Assembly: GCA_016213135.1 (NCBI GenBank) | Contig: JACRBQ010000028.1 | Span: 71,284 to 135,283 of the forward strand | DNA: 64,000 nucleotides | Reading direction: 5' to 3' | Source: Chloroflexota bacterium | GTDB taxonomy: Bacteria > Chloroflexota > Anaerolineae > Anaerolineales > VGOW01 | Part shown: piece by piece, positions 36,636 to 44,710 of the stretch | Numbering within the stretch: position 1 is the stretch's first letter | Layout of the letters: every line of letters starts with the position of its first letter | Program-made: the position numbers and the translations under genes | The notes under the pieces: generated by a model | What the model saw: the letters and a program-made list of their open reading frames with translations, nothing else | The model's database searches: none | Told to the model about the DNA's origin: nothing

Positions 36636-36794
36636 CGCGCCCTCTTGCCCCTGTTGATTAGACCGGGCTACACCCCCGGAAGTTTCACCCCTCGGCGTGC
36701 GCCGCGGCGAGCCACCCTTGCCCCGGTTCCGGTGAAACTTTTTTGCCCCAACCCGGTCGAACCTAATGAATCAGATTCTACAGGAGGTATTGAT

Positions 36795-38066
36795 ATGAAA
36801 GGAAAATGGATCGTAGCAGCCGTGTTGTCGCTGGCCATGCTGGGCCTGTGCGCGGCGATGGTCGGCACGCTGGTGTTCACCATCGGCCGGGTGGGAGAGT
36901 CGGCGTTCAACGTGCGCTTTGGCGGCATTGGCCTGGCTACGGTGTCGGCAGAGGCCACCGAGGAACAGCGATTCGCCGTGACCGGCGACGCGGTGCTGGA
37001 TGTTCAGCCGGGCGACCAGAGCGCCGCCGGCGACGTGACCATCGTGGCCGGCACAGGCGATGAGATTGTCGTGTCGGCCCACAAAACCGCATGGGCTGCC
37101 GATACAGCCAAAGCCGAGGCAGCGCTGGCCGACCTCAAGGTGCAAATCTCCCAGCAGGGCAACACGGTTACCGTGCGAGTCGATAGGCCGCCGATCATTA
37201 ACGTGAACGTGGGCCAGGGCAGGCCGGATAGGGTGGACTTCACGATCGCCGTGCCGGCCCGTACTACCGTCACCGCCCGCACCCGGTTTGGCAACGTGTC
37301 ATTGACGGGCACGAGTGGCGACGCCGACCTGGGCACCAGCTTCGGCGACGTGAAAGCCTCAGGCCTGACGGCGGGCATCATCAAGCTGGACTCGGCCTTT
37401 GGCGAAGTGTCCCTGAGCGAGTCGTCTGCACGGGAGATCGCGGGCCACACGAGCAACGGCGCTATCATGTTCGACTCGGTCGAGGCCGCCGACTCGGTCG
37501 ACCTGTCCACCGAGTTCGGCGAGATCACTTTCAAAGATGGCAAGGCCGGTTCGCTCAGGGTGAACACCAGCAGTGGCGAAGTCTACCTGAGCGGGGTGAG
37601 TGTGAAGCAAACCATCACCGTGGCCGGGAGCTTCGGCGGCATCAAGCTGGAAGGCGCTACTGCACGGGCGTATGATCTGGTGACGAGCAGCGGCGCGATT
37701 GCGCTGAGCGGCGCCGACGGAACGGTGAAGGCGCAAACGCAGTTTGGCGACATCACCGTATCCGAGGCCTCGGCGGTGACGCTGGACCTGAATACCAACA
37801 GCGGCGGCATCGAAGTCTCCGGCTCGCTTGGCCCAGGGCCGCACCGGCTCGAGACTCAGTTTGGCGGCATCAAACTGAGTCTGCCCGAAGACACCGCCCT
37901 AAACATTGATCTTTCGACCCAGTTCGGCCAGATCAAAAATGAATTCCCGATGTCGATTGACGGTGCGCCCGACGAAAAGCACTGGCGCGGCAAAATCAAC
38001 GGCGGCGGCGAAAGCCTGACCGCCGCCACTGACAACGGCAACATTACCATTCAGATTCTCAAATAA
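36795..38066 (+). CDS. DUF4097-type (putative adhesin, repetitive beta-strand) protein with an N-terminal membrane anchor
   Basis: Track ORF 36252..38066 trimmed to ATG 36795, after CAGGAGG (MKGKWIVAAVLSLAMLGLCAAMV...). Repeated units of the type TQFGDITV / SFGEVSL / SSGEVYL / NSGGIEV. Confidence 0.75.
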   Translation: MKGKWIVAAVLSLAMLGLCAAMVGTLVFTIGRVGESAFNVRFGGIGLATVSAEATEEQRFAVTGDAVLDVQPGDQSAAGDVTIVAGTGDEIVVSAHKTAWAADTAKAEAALADLKVQISQQGNTVTVRVDRPPIINVNVGQGRPDRVDFTIAVPARTTVTARTRFGNVSLTGTSGDADLGTSFGDVKASGLTAGIIKLDSAFGEVSLSESSAREIAGHTSNGAIMFDSVEAADSVDLSTEFGEITFKDGKAGSLRVNTSSGEVYLSGVSVKQTITVAGSFGGIKLEGATARAYDLVTSSGAIALSGADGTVKAQTQFGDITVSEASAVTLDLNTNSGGIEVSGSLGPGPHRLETQFGGIKLSLPEDTALNIDLSTQFGQIKNEFPMSIDGAPDEKHWRGKINGGGESLTAATDNGNITIQILK

Positions 38067-38079
38067 AGGAGAGATTGCG

Positions 38080-38481
38080 ATGAGCGACGTTATTCCATGC
38101 CTCGGTTCGCTGGGCTTCTTCTTCCTGCTGTTCAGCTTCATCATTGTGATGCGATATATGGGTTACCGCGAAACTATGGCCCTGGCCGAGAAAGGCCTTG
38201 TGCGTTCCGACAAAGGGCCGGGCAACGGCAAGAACACCTTGCGCTTCGGCATTGTCATCACCGGCATCGGCCTCGCCCTGTGCGTGGGTTTGTATCCTCT
38301 CGGTTTCATGGGCGACGGCGCGCGGTTTCCTCTGGGCCTTGGCCCGTGGATGCTGGCGGGCTTTCTGCCCATGTTCTTCGGGCTGGCGCTGGTCCTGATT
38401 TACGTGCTGACCCGCGAAGACAAAAAGCCGGATCAGCCACCTGCCGCCGAGATCAAACCGCCTGAGCCGCCACAAGGGTAG
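38080..38481 (+). CDS. Small hypothetical membrane protein (4 TM)
   Basis: 133 aa; hydrophobic helices; co-directional, 13 nt after the DUF4097 gene. I recognise no family with confidence. Confidence 0.5.
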   Translation: MSDVIPCLGSLGFFFLLFSFIIVMRYMGYRETMALAEKGLVRSDKGPGNGKNTLRFGIVITGIGLALCVGLYPLGFMGDGARFPLGLGPWMLAGFLPMFFGLALVLIYVLTREDKKPDQPPAAEIKPPEPPQG

Positions 38482-38495
38482 GCGGCCTGAGCGCC

Positions 38496-38552
38496 AAAAA
38501 CAAACTGGGAGCGGAGCGCCCACGCGGCAACCCGCTCCCAGTTTTTTGTTTT
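38496..38552. terminator. Strong bidirectional rho-independent terminator
   Basis: AAAAACAAACTGGGAGCGG (38496-38514) pairs with CCGCTCCCAGTTTTTTGTTTT (38532-38552). The stem is flanked by A- and T-runs. Confidence 0.8.
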
Positions 38553-38608
38553 GCAGGCCTAACAAGGCGAATTCGCGACCTTTCCGCCAGATATTACAAA
38601 AAACAAAC

Positions 38609-38636
38609 TTGTGCCAAATGCTAAATCTGTTACACT
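38609..38636 (+). promoter_or_regulatory. Candidate sigma-70-type promoter for the small peptide gene
   Basis: TTGTGC (38609-38614), 16 nt, TACACT (38631-38636), in the only AT-rich stretch of this neighbourhood, about 100 nt upstream of the 38741 ATG. Confidence 0.25.
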
Positions 38637-38740
38637 ATACAAATAGTCCATATTATGAGGCAAGCCGCGTTTGCACTAAAGGGAGGCGCGCTACCTCAGT
38701 AGTATATTCGCATTTCCACCTACCGCTCAGGAGGCCAGCC

Positions 38741-38806
38741 ATGTACGAGAAGCCCGAAATCACCAAGCACGACGACCTGTCCCAGATCACCTTCAGCAGC
38801 CACTAG
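38741..38806 (+). CDS. 21-aa peptide MYEKPEITKHDDLSQITFSSH; candidate RiPP precursor/scaffold with lasso/PqqA-like leader features
   Basis: AGGAGG lies 6 nt upstream of the ATG. 19 of 20 sense codons end in G/C (host-like GC3) within an AT-rich intergenic region. Spacing Y2-x2-P5-x-I7 ... T17-x matches the Y-17/P-14/L-12/T-2 lasso leader motif. Flanked by hairpins. Confidence 0.55.
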   Translation: MYEKPEITKHDDLSQITFSSH

Positions 38807-38919
38807 TTCTACCCGACTCGGCAGACTAGCCCGTGAACCGTTCTCGCCCGAGTCGCCTGGCACCACAGCACGACCCGTCGTAGCGCGCCTCCCTTTGGCT
38901 CAAACTCGCACTTGAATAT

Positions 38920-38953
38920 CCTCCGAGTGTCTGTCCAATGCGACACTCGGAGG
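38920..38953 (+). promoter_or_regulatory. Perfect 12-bp stem-loop between the peptide gene and the nucleotidyltransferase gene; the 3' arm contains the downstream GGAGG
   Basis: CCTCCGAGTGTC (38920-38931), 10-nt loop, GACACTCGGAGG (38942-38953). GGAGG at 38949-38953 lies 11 nt before the ATG at 38965. Confidence 0.6.
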
Positions 38954-38964
38954 CCTAATGCCGA

Positions 38965-40137
38965 ATGCCAGCCTTTGCCCAGTCCGCCGCCCAGGTATTG
39001 CTCTCTGCACTTCGCCACGGCCAAACCGCCAATGCGTGGGAAGCCGAGCGCTCGCAATCTGGCGTGGAATGGGAAGACCTCGCCATCCGGGCCATTGTGT
39101 TCGGGTTGGCTCCTCAGTTGCACCATCGGCTGCAAAGGTGGGGGGCCGCCGTGCCGCCCCGCGCCGCGGCCAAGCTGGCAGCCACCTATCAGGCCACCGC
39201 ATACCGCAACGCCGCCATCTATGAGCAACTGGGGCAACTGCTCGTCGCCTGCGACGAACACGGCGCGCATCCCATCGCCCTCAAAGGCGCGCACCTTGCC
39301 GCTGCCGTGTACGCGCACCCGGCACTGCGCCCCATGAGCGACATTGACCTGCTGTTTGCGCCGGGCGAGCTGCCCGCCGCCGAGGCCGCCCTGCGCTCGC
39401 TGGGTTACGAGGGCAAGCATAAGCCCGCCCAAATCGGCGCCGGCGTCACCAAACACACGAGCACGTTTCAGCGCCCCGCGCCCACTGAGGCCACGCCCAA
39501 CCCTTACCTCTCGGCACAGGCCAACGTCATGGTCGAGCCGCACGGCTCGCTCGAAGAATCGTGGTACGGCCTGCGGGTGGACATCACCCCCGGTATGAGT
39601 GACCGGGCCGCGCAAGCCTGGCTCGGCGGCTGCGGCTGCCGCGTGCTAACGCCCGAGGATTTGCTGTTGCACCTGTGCGTCCATTTTTGTTTTCATTTGA
39701 TCATGGGCGCGCCTTCGATGGTGCAATTGACGGACCTCCTTACGGTGGTGGACACATGCTCTCCCGATTGGGCTGTGTTCACTTCCCGCGTGCTGGATCG
39801 CCGCGCCGCACCCTACGCGTTGGCAGCTTTGACTCTGGCTTCCGGCCTGCTGGGTGCGCCCGCGCCACAGTCCACGCTGGCCGCCCTCTCGGCTGCCGCG
39901 CCGGGGCCGTTGCGCGCGCGCATCGCCCGCCTCGGCCTCGCCGATGTTCTGCGGCGCACGCAACAAAAACCGTTCAACAATCTTGCGGGCCGCATTTGGC
40001 ATGGCCTGGCCGACCGCGCCGAGACTGCGCGCTGGGCCGCCGACTGGCCAAGCCGCTGGCGCGTGTGGCAAACGGCGTTGAATGTGGGAAGCACTGATAC
40101 AGGACGGATGCTATTGAAAATGAACAATGAACAATGA
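38965..40137 (+). CDS. Uncharacterised nucleotidyltransferase family protein (NTP_transf_5-like), copy 1
   Basis: 390 aa; paralogous in layout to 57135..58316 (e.g. ALKGAHLAAAVYAHPALRPMSDIDLLF vs VLKGWPVVERLYANPAQRVMYDHDFLL; LHLCVHFCFH vs IHLAMHFAGH). The stop lies inside a heptamer repeat. Confidence 0.7.
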   Translation: MPAFAQSAAQVLLSALRHGQTANAWEAERSQSGVEWEDLAIRAIVFGLAPQLHHRLQRWGAAVPPRAAAKLAATYQATAYRNAAIYEQLGQLLVACDEHGAHPIALKGAHLAAAVYAHPALRPMSDIDLLFAPGELPAAEAALRSLGYEGKHKPAQIGAGVTKHTSTFQRPAPTEATPNPYLSAQANVMVEPHGSLEESWYGLRVDITPGMSDRAAQAWLGGCGCRVLTPEDLLLHLCVHFCFHLIMGAPSMVQLTDLLTVVDTCSPDWAVFTSRVLDRRAAPYALAALTLASGLLGAPAPQSTLAALSAAAPGPLRARIARLGLADVLRRTQQKPFNNLAGRIWHGLADRAETARWAADWPSRWRVWQTALNVGSTDTGRMLLKMNNEQ

Positions 40138-40200
40138 ACAATGAACAATGGCGATACTTCTGACCTCTGACCTCCGACCTCTGTCCTCCGCCTTCCGAAT
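40117..40200. repeat. Heptamer tandem repeats (aatgaac x4, then tgacctc-type x5)
   Basis: aaaatga acaatga acaatga acaatga acaatgg cgatact tctgacc tctgacc tccgacc tctgtcc tccgcct tccgaat. TGA at 40121/40128/40135/40142 and ATG at 40120/40127/40134/40141/40148. Confidence 0.9.
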
Positions 40201-42028
40201 GAAGCTCTCTCGCCTTCTCGCCACCGCCCTCGCCGTTGCCGGAGCCGCCTCCGCCGCCCGCGTGCTTCGCCGCCGTCGCGCCTGGGAGCAGACTCACAAC
40301 CGCGTTGCCATTTGTGTCGATTTCGACGACGCCCACGAGGCCGCCATTCGCGCCGCGCTGCCTTTCGACTCCTTCCTCGGTGAGCTTGCCCGCCACGGCG
40401 CGACTCATCTCTCCCTGCCCGAACTTACGCTCAACCGTTTGATCGAAGGCGGGCGGCTCACCCCGCAATCGCCGGCCACGCCGTTCAGTCGCGCCCCGCG
40501 CGTGGGCCGCTGGAATTACCTCCACGGCGACCCGGCCCTCGTGAGTCAACTGGCCGCCGAACTGTCGGCGCGGTTGCCGTACACCGAACCGGCCATAATG
40601 GGTGAGGGCACGCTGGTGTTTGCGGGCGACCTCGCGGCCATTGGCTCCATCGGCATGGGCTTCGACGCAAGCGTCGCGGCGATTATCGCCGGGCAAGGGC
40701 TGGGTGTGGTGTCACGCCCGGTCAGTTATCCGTGGCCCGAAGATTCCCTCATCACCCTCAGCCTCGCGCAGGCCTCGGTGTTCGGCAAGCTCATCGCCTT
40801 CGACGGCGAGATGATTCTCGGCCACGAGATGCACCTCAGCGCAACGCTTGAGGCCATGGAGCGCGAGGGGCTGACGCTGGTTTACTTTGCCGAGTCGCGC
40901 CACCAAAAGGGCGACTGGTTCGTTGCCAAGCGCCGCGCTCCAGCGGTGGTGCTGGCGCACGGCTTCACTCCCGCCGGGATGATTCCGTTGGACTATCACG
41001 CTGCCGCGCATTTGTGGGCGCACCTGGCGCGTGAGCGCGGCATCCGCTTTTGCTACGTCACCCTTTTCAAAGTGCTGCACGCCACCGCGCCGCTCGAAGC
41101 GTTGCACTACGTCGGGCATATCAAGGAGGCGCTGGAGGCCGAGGGCTTTGTGGTGACGGCAGACGCGAGCCTGCCTGTGCCCGTGCCCGCGCCCGATAAA
41201 AAGGATTTAGCCCTGGTGGGCCTGACCTCGGCGGGCGCGGCCTCAGCCGCGCTGGCCGGCGCGCTGAACCTGCCCGAGGCCGCCGCCGTGCCATTGGTGG
41301 CCCTTGCCGCAGGGGCCGCCGTCGCGCTGCCCTACCTCGAGCAACCGCGCGATCGTTTGGAGGCGCAATACCCGCCCTCGTATGCGCCCAAACTGCTGGC
41401 CCTCGCTGCTGCATTGTCGCCAGTGGCAGCCCTCGCCGCGCGCAACCCGCTGGAGTGGGGCCAGGGCCTGCTGCTGCAAACCGCCGCCGCCGCCGGCCTC
41501 GCCGTTTTCACCAGCGGGCAGGATTATCATTTGCGAATCGAAGAATACCGGGGCTTCAATTTGGATTGGCTGCTGCCGCTGGCGTATGCCGCTACCGGCA
41601 TCCCCGATGCCATGGCGCGGGTCGCGGCCATCAGTGCGCTGGTGGGCGCGTGGGCGGTGCTCACTCAACGCGGGCAAGACCCGCTGGCGAAGCTTGACCC
41701 GGCGCATGCCGAAGGTCACACGCACCACCTCTCGGCGGCCACGCGCCTCTTGGGCGACGCCCGCATGGTCCTTGGGCCGAAACCGGCGCGCAAGTGGGCC
41801 GGGCTGGGCGCGGCGGGCACAGCGGCCGGCCTCGTGCTGGCCAGTCGCGGGCACAGGCAATGGGCCGCCGTTGCCGCGCTGGCCGGAGCCGTGGGCGGCG
41901 TGCTGGGCCTCGTGGGCTTCCGCCGCCCCGAGCGCGCCCTCGCCGTCACCGCCAAAGAATCATTACCGAGTTGGGGCGTTGGCATTGCCGTCGGCTTGCT
42001 TGCCCTGTTGTTCTATCGTCGCGAGTAG
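40199..42028 (+). CDS. Large polytopic membrane protein with an N-terminal extracytoplasmic domain (DUF5693-like)
   Basis: Start moved to ATG 40199 (MKLSRLLATALAVAGAASAA...). N-terminal pattern RVAICVDFDDAHEAA...GATHLSLPELTL, then more than 8 hydrophobic helices. Family assignment is from memory. Confidence 0.5.
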   Translation: MKLSRLLATALAVAGAASAARVLRRRRAWEQTHNRVAICVDFDDAHEAAIRAALPFDSFLGELARHGATHLSLPELTLNRLIEGGRLTPQSPATPFSRAPRVGRWNYLHGDPALVSQLAAELSARLPYTEPAIMGEGTLVFAGDLAAIGSIGMGFDASVAAIIAGQGLGVVSRPVSYPWPEDSLITLSLAQASVFGKLIAFDGEMILGHEMHLSATLEAMEREGLTLVYFAESRHQKGDWFVAKRRAPAVVLAHGFTPAGMIPLDYHAAAHLWAHLARERGIRFCYVTLFKVLHATAPLEALHYVGHIKEALEAEGFVVTADASLPVPVPAPDKKDLALVGLTSAGAASAALAGALNLPEAAAVPLVALAAGAAVALPYLEQPRDRLEAQYPPSYAPKLLALAAALSPVAALAARNPLEWGQGLLLQTAAAAGLAVFTSGQDYHLRIEEYRGFNLDWLLPLAYAATGIPDAMARVAAISALVGAWAVLTQRGQDPLAKLDPAHAEGHTHHLSAATRLLGDARMVLGPKPARKWAGLGAAGTAAGLVLASRGHRQWAAVAALAGAVGGVLGLVGFRRPERALAVTAKESLPSWGVGIAVGLLALLFYRRE

Positions 42029-42103
42029 AGCGGGAGTCAGGAGTCAGGAGTCAGAGGTCAACATTGAGTCTTGAGCCTTGAGCCTTGTGAATTGTGCATT
42101 GTG
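42029..42103. repeat. Heptamer-periodic element carrying phased stop and start codons
   Basis: gagtcag gagtcag gagtcag aggtcaa cattgag tcttgag ccttgag ccttgtg aattgtg cattgtg. Plus-strand tca at 42037/44/51/58; TGA at 42065/72/79; GTG at 42087/94/101. Confidence 0.9.
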
Positions 42104-42931
42104 CCTTCTCCTCTTTCCTCCTCCTTCGCCCACATCCCCTCCGGCCCGTTCATCTACGGCCCGGAAGAGTGTTACGAGCGGCTTGAGCAGTGCCCGCCGC
42201 TCAAGCCGAGGCAAACGCTGGAACTGCCGGAGTTTTGGATAGCCAAGGCCCCGGTGACGTATGGGCAGTGGCGGGAGTTTTTGGAGGCGACGGGCCACCG
42301 ATGGGCCGGGCAGTGGTATCGAGTCGTTCGTGGCTGGCGAGGGGTTTTCTTGCGCGCCTATGCGCCCACACCCACTTATCCCGCTGGGCACGACGACGTC
42401 CCCATCGTTGATGTGTCGCAGCGGGACGCATATGCCTATTGCGAATGGCTGTCGGGGCGGTTGGGCTGGCGGTGCACACTCCCCACCGAGGCCCAGTGGG
42501 AAAAGGCGGCCCGGGGCACGGATGGGCGGGTCTATCCATGGGGCGACGAGTCACCCCGGCCCGAAATCCAGTGGCAGCGCAAGTTCCCCGTGGGGCCGGA
42601 GTCGTACCTGTTCAGCCTCGCCGTCCGCCCCCGGCGCGAGTGGGCGCGGGCGGGGTGGTATTGGCGTAACGGTCACCCGTGGCCGGTGGGCGCCGCGCCG
42701 CAAAACGTGTCGCCCTACGGCTGCATGGATATGAGCGGCAACATTTGGGAATGGACGAGCAGCCTTTACAACCCGGCCCTGCCGCAGTTTCACGCGGTGA
42801 AGGGCGGGTCGTGGGGGTACAGCATTCACCACACGAAGTTGAATGTTCGCAGCGCGTGTAGTGTAACGACTCCCAGCGCCGAATACCGGGCGCAGGGCAC
42901 GGGGTTTCGGATGATGGTTGAAATGGTCTAA
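42101..42931 (+). CDS. Formylglycine-generating-enzyme (SUMF1/FGE-sulfatase) domain protein
   Basis: Frame of track ORF 42071..42931; probable start at the third phased GTG (42101, VPSPLSSSFAHIPSGPFIYG...). FGE-type motifs (PVVDVS-like PIVDVSQRDAYAYCEWL, RLPTEAEWE-like CTLPTEAQWEKAARG, NIWEWT, KGGSW, GFR). Confidence 0.8.
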   Translation: MPSPLSSSFAHIPSGPFIYGPEECYERLEQCPPLKPRQTLELPEFWIAKAPVTYGQWREFLEATGHRWAGQWYRVVRGWRGVFLRAYAPTPTYPAGHDDVPIVDVSQRDAYAYCEWLSGRLGWRCTLPTEAQWEKAARGTDGRVYPWGDESPRPEIQWQRKFPVGPESYLFSLAVRPRREWARAGWYWRNGHPWPVGAAPQNVSPYGCMDMSGNIWEWTSSLYNPALPQFHAVKGGSWGYSIHHTKLNVRSACSVTTPSAEYRAQGTGFRMMVEMV

Positions 42932-43198
42932 ACTTTGGAGCGGGGACTGTAGAACCGCGCCGTAGCAGACCGGAAGCCGCCGAAGTTTATGCACGAAGAG
43001 ACTTTTCGATTTGTGCAGTTGTAGTGATTTGTCTGTCATAGTAGAGACATTTGCGGGTTAAGCAGTCGTTAGGCGGCTTGGCGCAATCCAAAGTGCCGCC
43101 AGTTCGGTCACCGCGTGTCCCGCGGGAGTTCGGTGAAACTGCCGGCTTATCGGCACAAGCGTTTGTATTCATTCTGCTGGATAAGGAGAAACTTCCAC

Positions 43199-43987
43199 AT
43201 GGAGCAGAAAGAACACCTATCAAACGAACGACCGCCCGTCGTGTTCGTCCCCGGTGGGATCATGCCTGCCGCGATGGCATACGGGCCGCTCCTCGACGTG
43301 GCCAAGGGCGAAGTCCAACCGATCGTCAAGGACTTGGAGGTCTACGCTACCGATACGCCGCCACCTGACTTCGGGCTGGAGTTGGAGGTCGAAGGTATCC
43401 GACGCGTTGCCGACGACGCCGGCGCAAAGCGCTTTCACCTCGTCGGATATTCCGCCGGCGGCGCATCCTCTCTGGCATTCACCGCGAAATATCCCGAGCG
43501 GCTCAGAAGCCTTGCCCTGATCGAGCCAGCTTGGAGTGGCGGTTTGATGACCCCCGAGGAGACGGCTGACTGGGCAGAGCTCGACCACGCGATGTCTCTC
43601 CCGCCCGGCGAGCGGATGCGCGCGTTTATGCGCTGGCAAATGCGCCCGGGCGTGGAGCCGCCTGTTCTACCGCTGCCGCCTGGACCACCACCGCCCTGGA
43701 TGGCAAAGCGACCGGCGGGCCTCGAAGCATTCGCCCGAGCCTTCAAGATCTACAACCTCGACACGGAGCGCTTTCGCCAATTTCAGCAACCGGTCTACTA
43801 TGTGCTCGGCGGCCTGAGCACTCGATACTACGAGCGCGCGGCAAAGAGGCTCGCCGGCCTGTTCCCCAACATGCAAGTGGAAGTTTACGAGGGTCGCAGC
43901 CACATGGATCCACCACACCGAGCCGAGTCAGAGCGGTTCGCGCGGGCGCTGCGCGCGCGGTGGGCGCGCGCTGAACAACCTTTATAG
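43199..43987 (+). CDS. Alpha/beta-fold hydrolase
   Basis: Start at ATG 43199, after AAGGAGAA (MEQKEHLSNERPPVVFVPGG...). Nucleophile elbow GYSAGG. Confidence 0.75.
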   Translation: MEQKEHLSNERPPVVFVPGGIMPAAMAYGPLLDVAKGEVQPIVKDLEVYATDTPPPDFGLELEVEGIRRVADDAGAKRFHLVGYSAGGASSLAFTAKYPERLRSLALIEPAWSGGLMTPEETADWAELDHAMSLPPGERMRAFMRWQMRPGVEPPVLPLPPGPPPPWMAKRPAGLEAFARAFKIYNLDTERFRQFQQPVYYVLGGLSTRYYERAAKRLAGLFPNMQVEVYEGRSHMDPPHRAESERFARALRARWARAEQPL

Positions 43988-44003
43988 TTGTGGAGGACAA
44001 TCT

Positions 44004-44294
44004 ATGGCTGCGTATATCGTTGGGCGAATGCATATCCAGCATCGAGACTGGTGGGATGAGTATTTCGCGCAAGTCCCCGCCTTGATCGCACAACATTCAG
44101 GCAAATTCCTGGTGCGCGGCGGCGCTCCTGAAACGCTGGAAGGGCACGAGCGCCTGCCCGATGTTGTGTTTGTTGTCGAATTCCCGAGCAAAGCACAGGC
44201 CCTCGCATTCTGGCATTCTGCCGATTTTGCGCCATTCATTGCGCTCCGACAAACCGGCTCCACGCTGGAAGCGATGCTTCTCGACGGCGTTTAA
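44004..44294 (+). CDS. DUF1330 domain protein
   Basis: 96 aa; MAAYIVGRMHIQHRDWWDEYF...FVVEFPSKAQALAFWHSADF... matches the DUF1330 pattern as I remember it. Confidence 0.65.
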   Translation: MAAYIVGRMHIQHRDWWDEYFAQVPALIAQHSGKFLVRGGAPETLEGHERLPDVVFVVEFPSKAQALAFWHSADFAPFIALRQTGSTLEAMLLDGV

Positions 44295-44418
44295 GTGGAC
44301 CATGTGATGCGTGCATCTGCCGCCAAATAGTCGTTACACGCGTTACGTCTTCCGATATCGTCCGATTTCACTGTGACGTAGAGTAAATGAGAGGCGGTGG
44401 CACAACTCGCTAACTGAA

Positions 44419-44652
44419 GTGATAAAATTCCTCAATCGAGTAATTCGGGGATGGCGGAACTACTTTCGTAGTGGAAACTGCACCTTGAAATTCCAGCAAC
44501 TTGACCGCTATGTACGCAACCGACTGGAACAATGGGTTCGGTCTAAACAGGGGTCTCGTGGGCATTGGAACGAACGTGCCTTTCGGGATTTGATGGCTCA
44601 ACACGGATTGGAATACTTCTACCTGCCCGGAGTATGTGCGGTTAAGCCTTGA
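44419..44652 (+). pseudogene. Group II intron reverse transcriptase/maturase, C-terminal fragment only (~77 codons)
   Basis: IKFLNRVIRGWRNYFRSGNCTLKFQQLDRYVRNRLEQWVRSK...; the RT finger/palm domains are absent. Confidence 0.7.
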
Positions 44653-44677
44653 AAGCCACAGGAAGAAGGTTGTCAGA

Positions 44678-44710
44678 GAGCCGGATGAGGGAAAACCTCA
44701 TGTCCGGTTC
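44678..44710 (+). ncRNA. Group II intron domain V
   Basis: GAGCCGGAUGAGG-GAAA-ACCUCAUGUCCGGUUC: AGC catalytic triad, 2-nt bulge, GAAA tetraloop; close to the domain V consensus. Confidence 0.75.

Noticed and set aside
36252-36794. The long N-terminal extension of ORF 36252..38066
   Set aside because: It overlaps the ECF sigma factor gene in antisense. A strong RBS (CAGGAGG) and a signal-anchor sequence begin at 36795.
38795-38905. Extending the 21-aa peptide by stop read-through or frameshift to obtain a normal lasso core
   Set aside because: In-frame read-through of TAG gives SSH-x-FYPTRQTSP, with no Asp/Glu at positions 7-9. One shifted frame gives QPLVLPDSAD, which has Asp at about position 8 but only a 3-residue tail. 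The other gives AATSSTRLGRLAREPF..., with no suitably placed acidic residue. None gives a credible lasso core, so I report the ORF as read.
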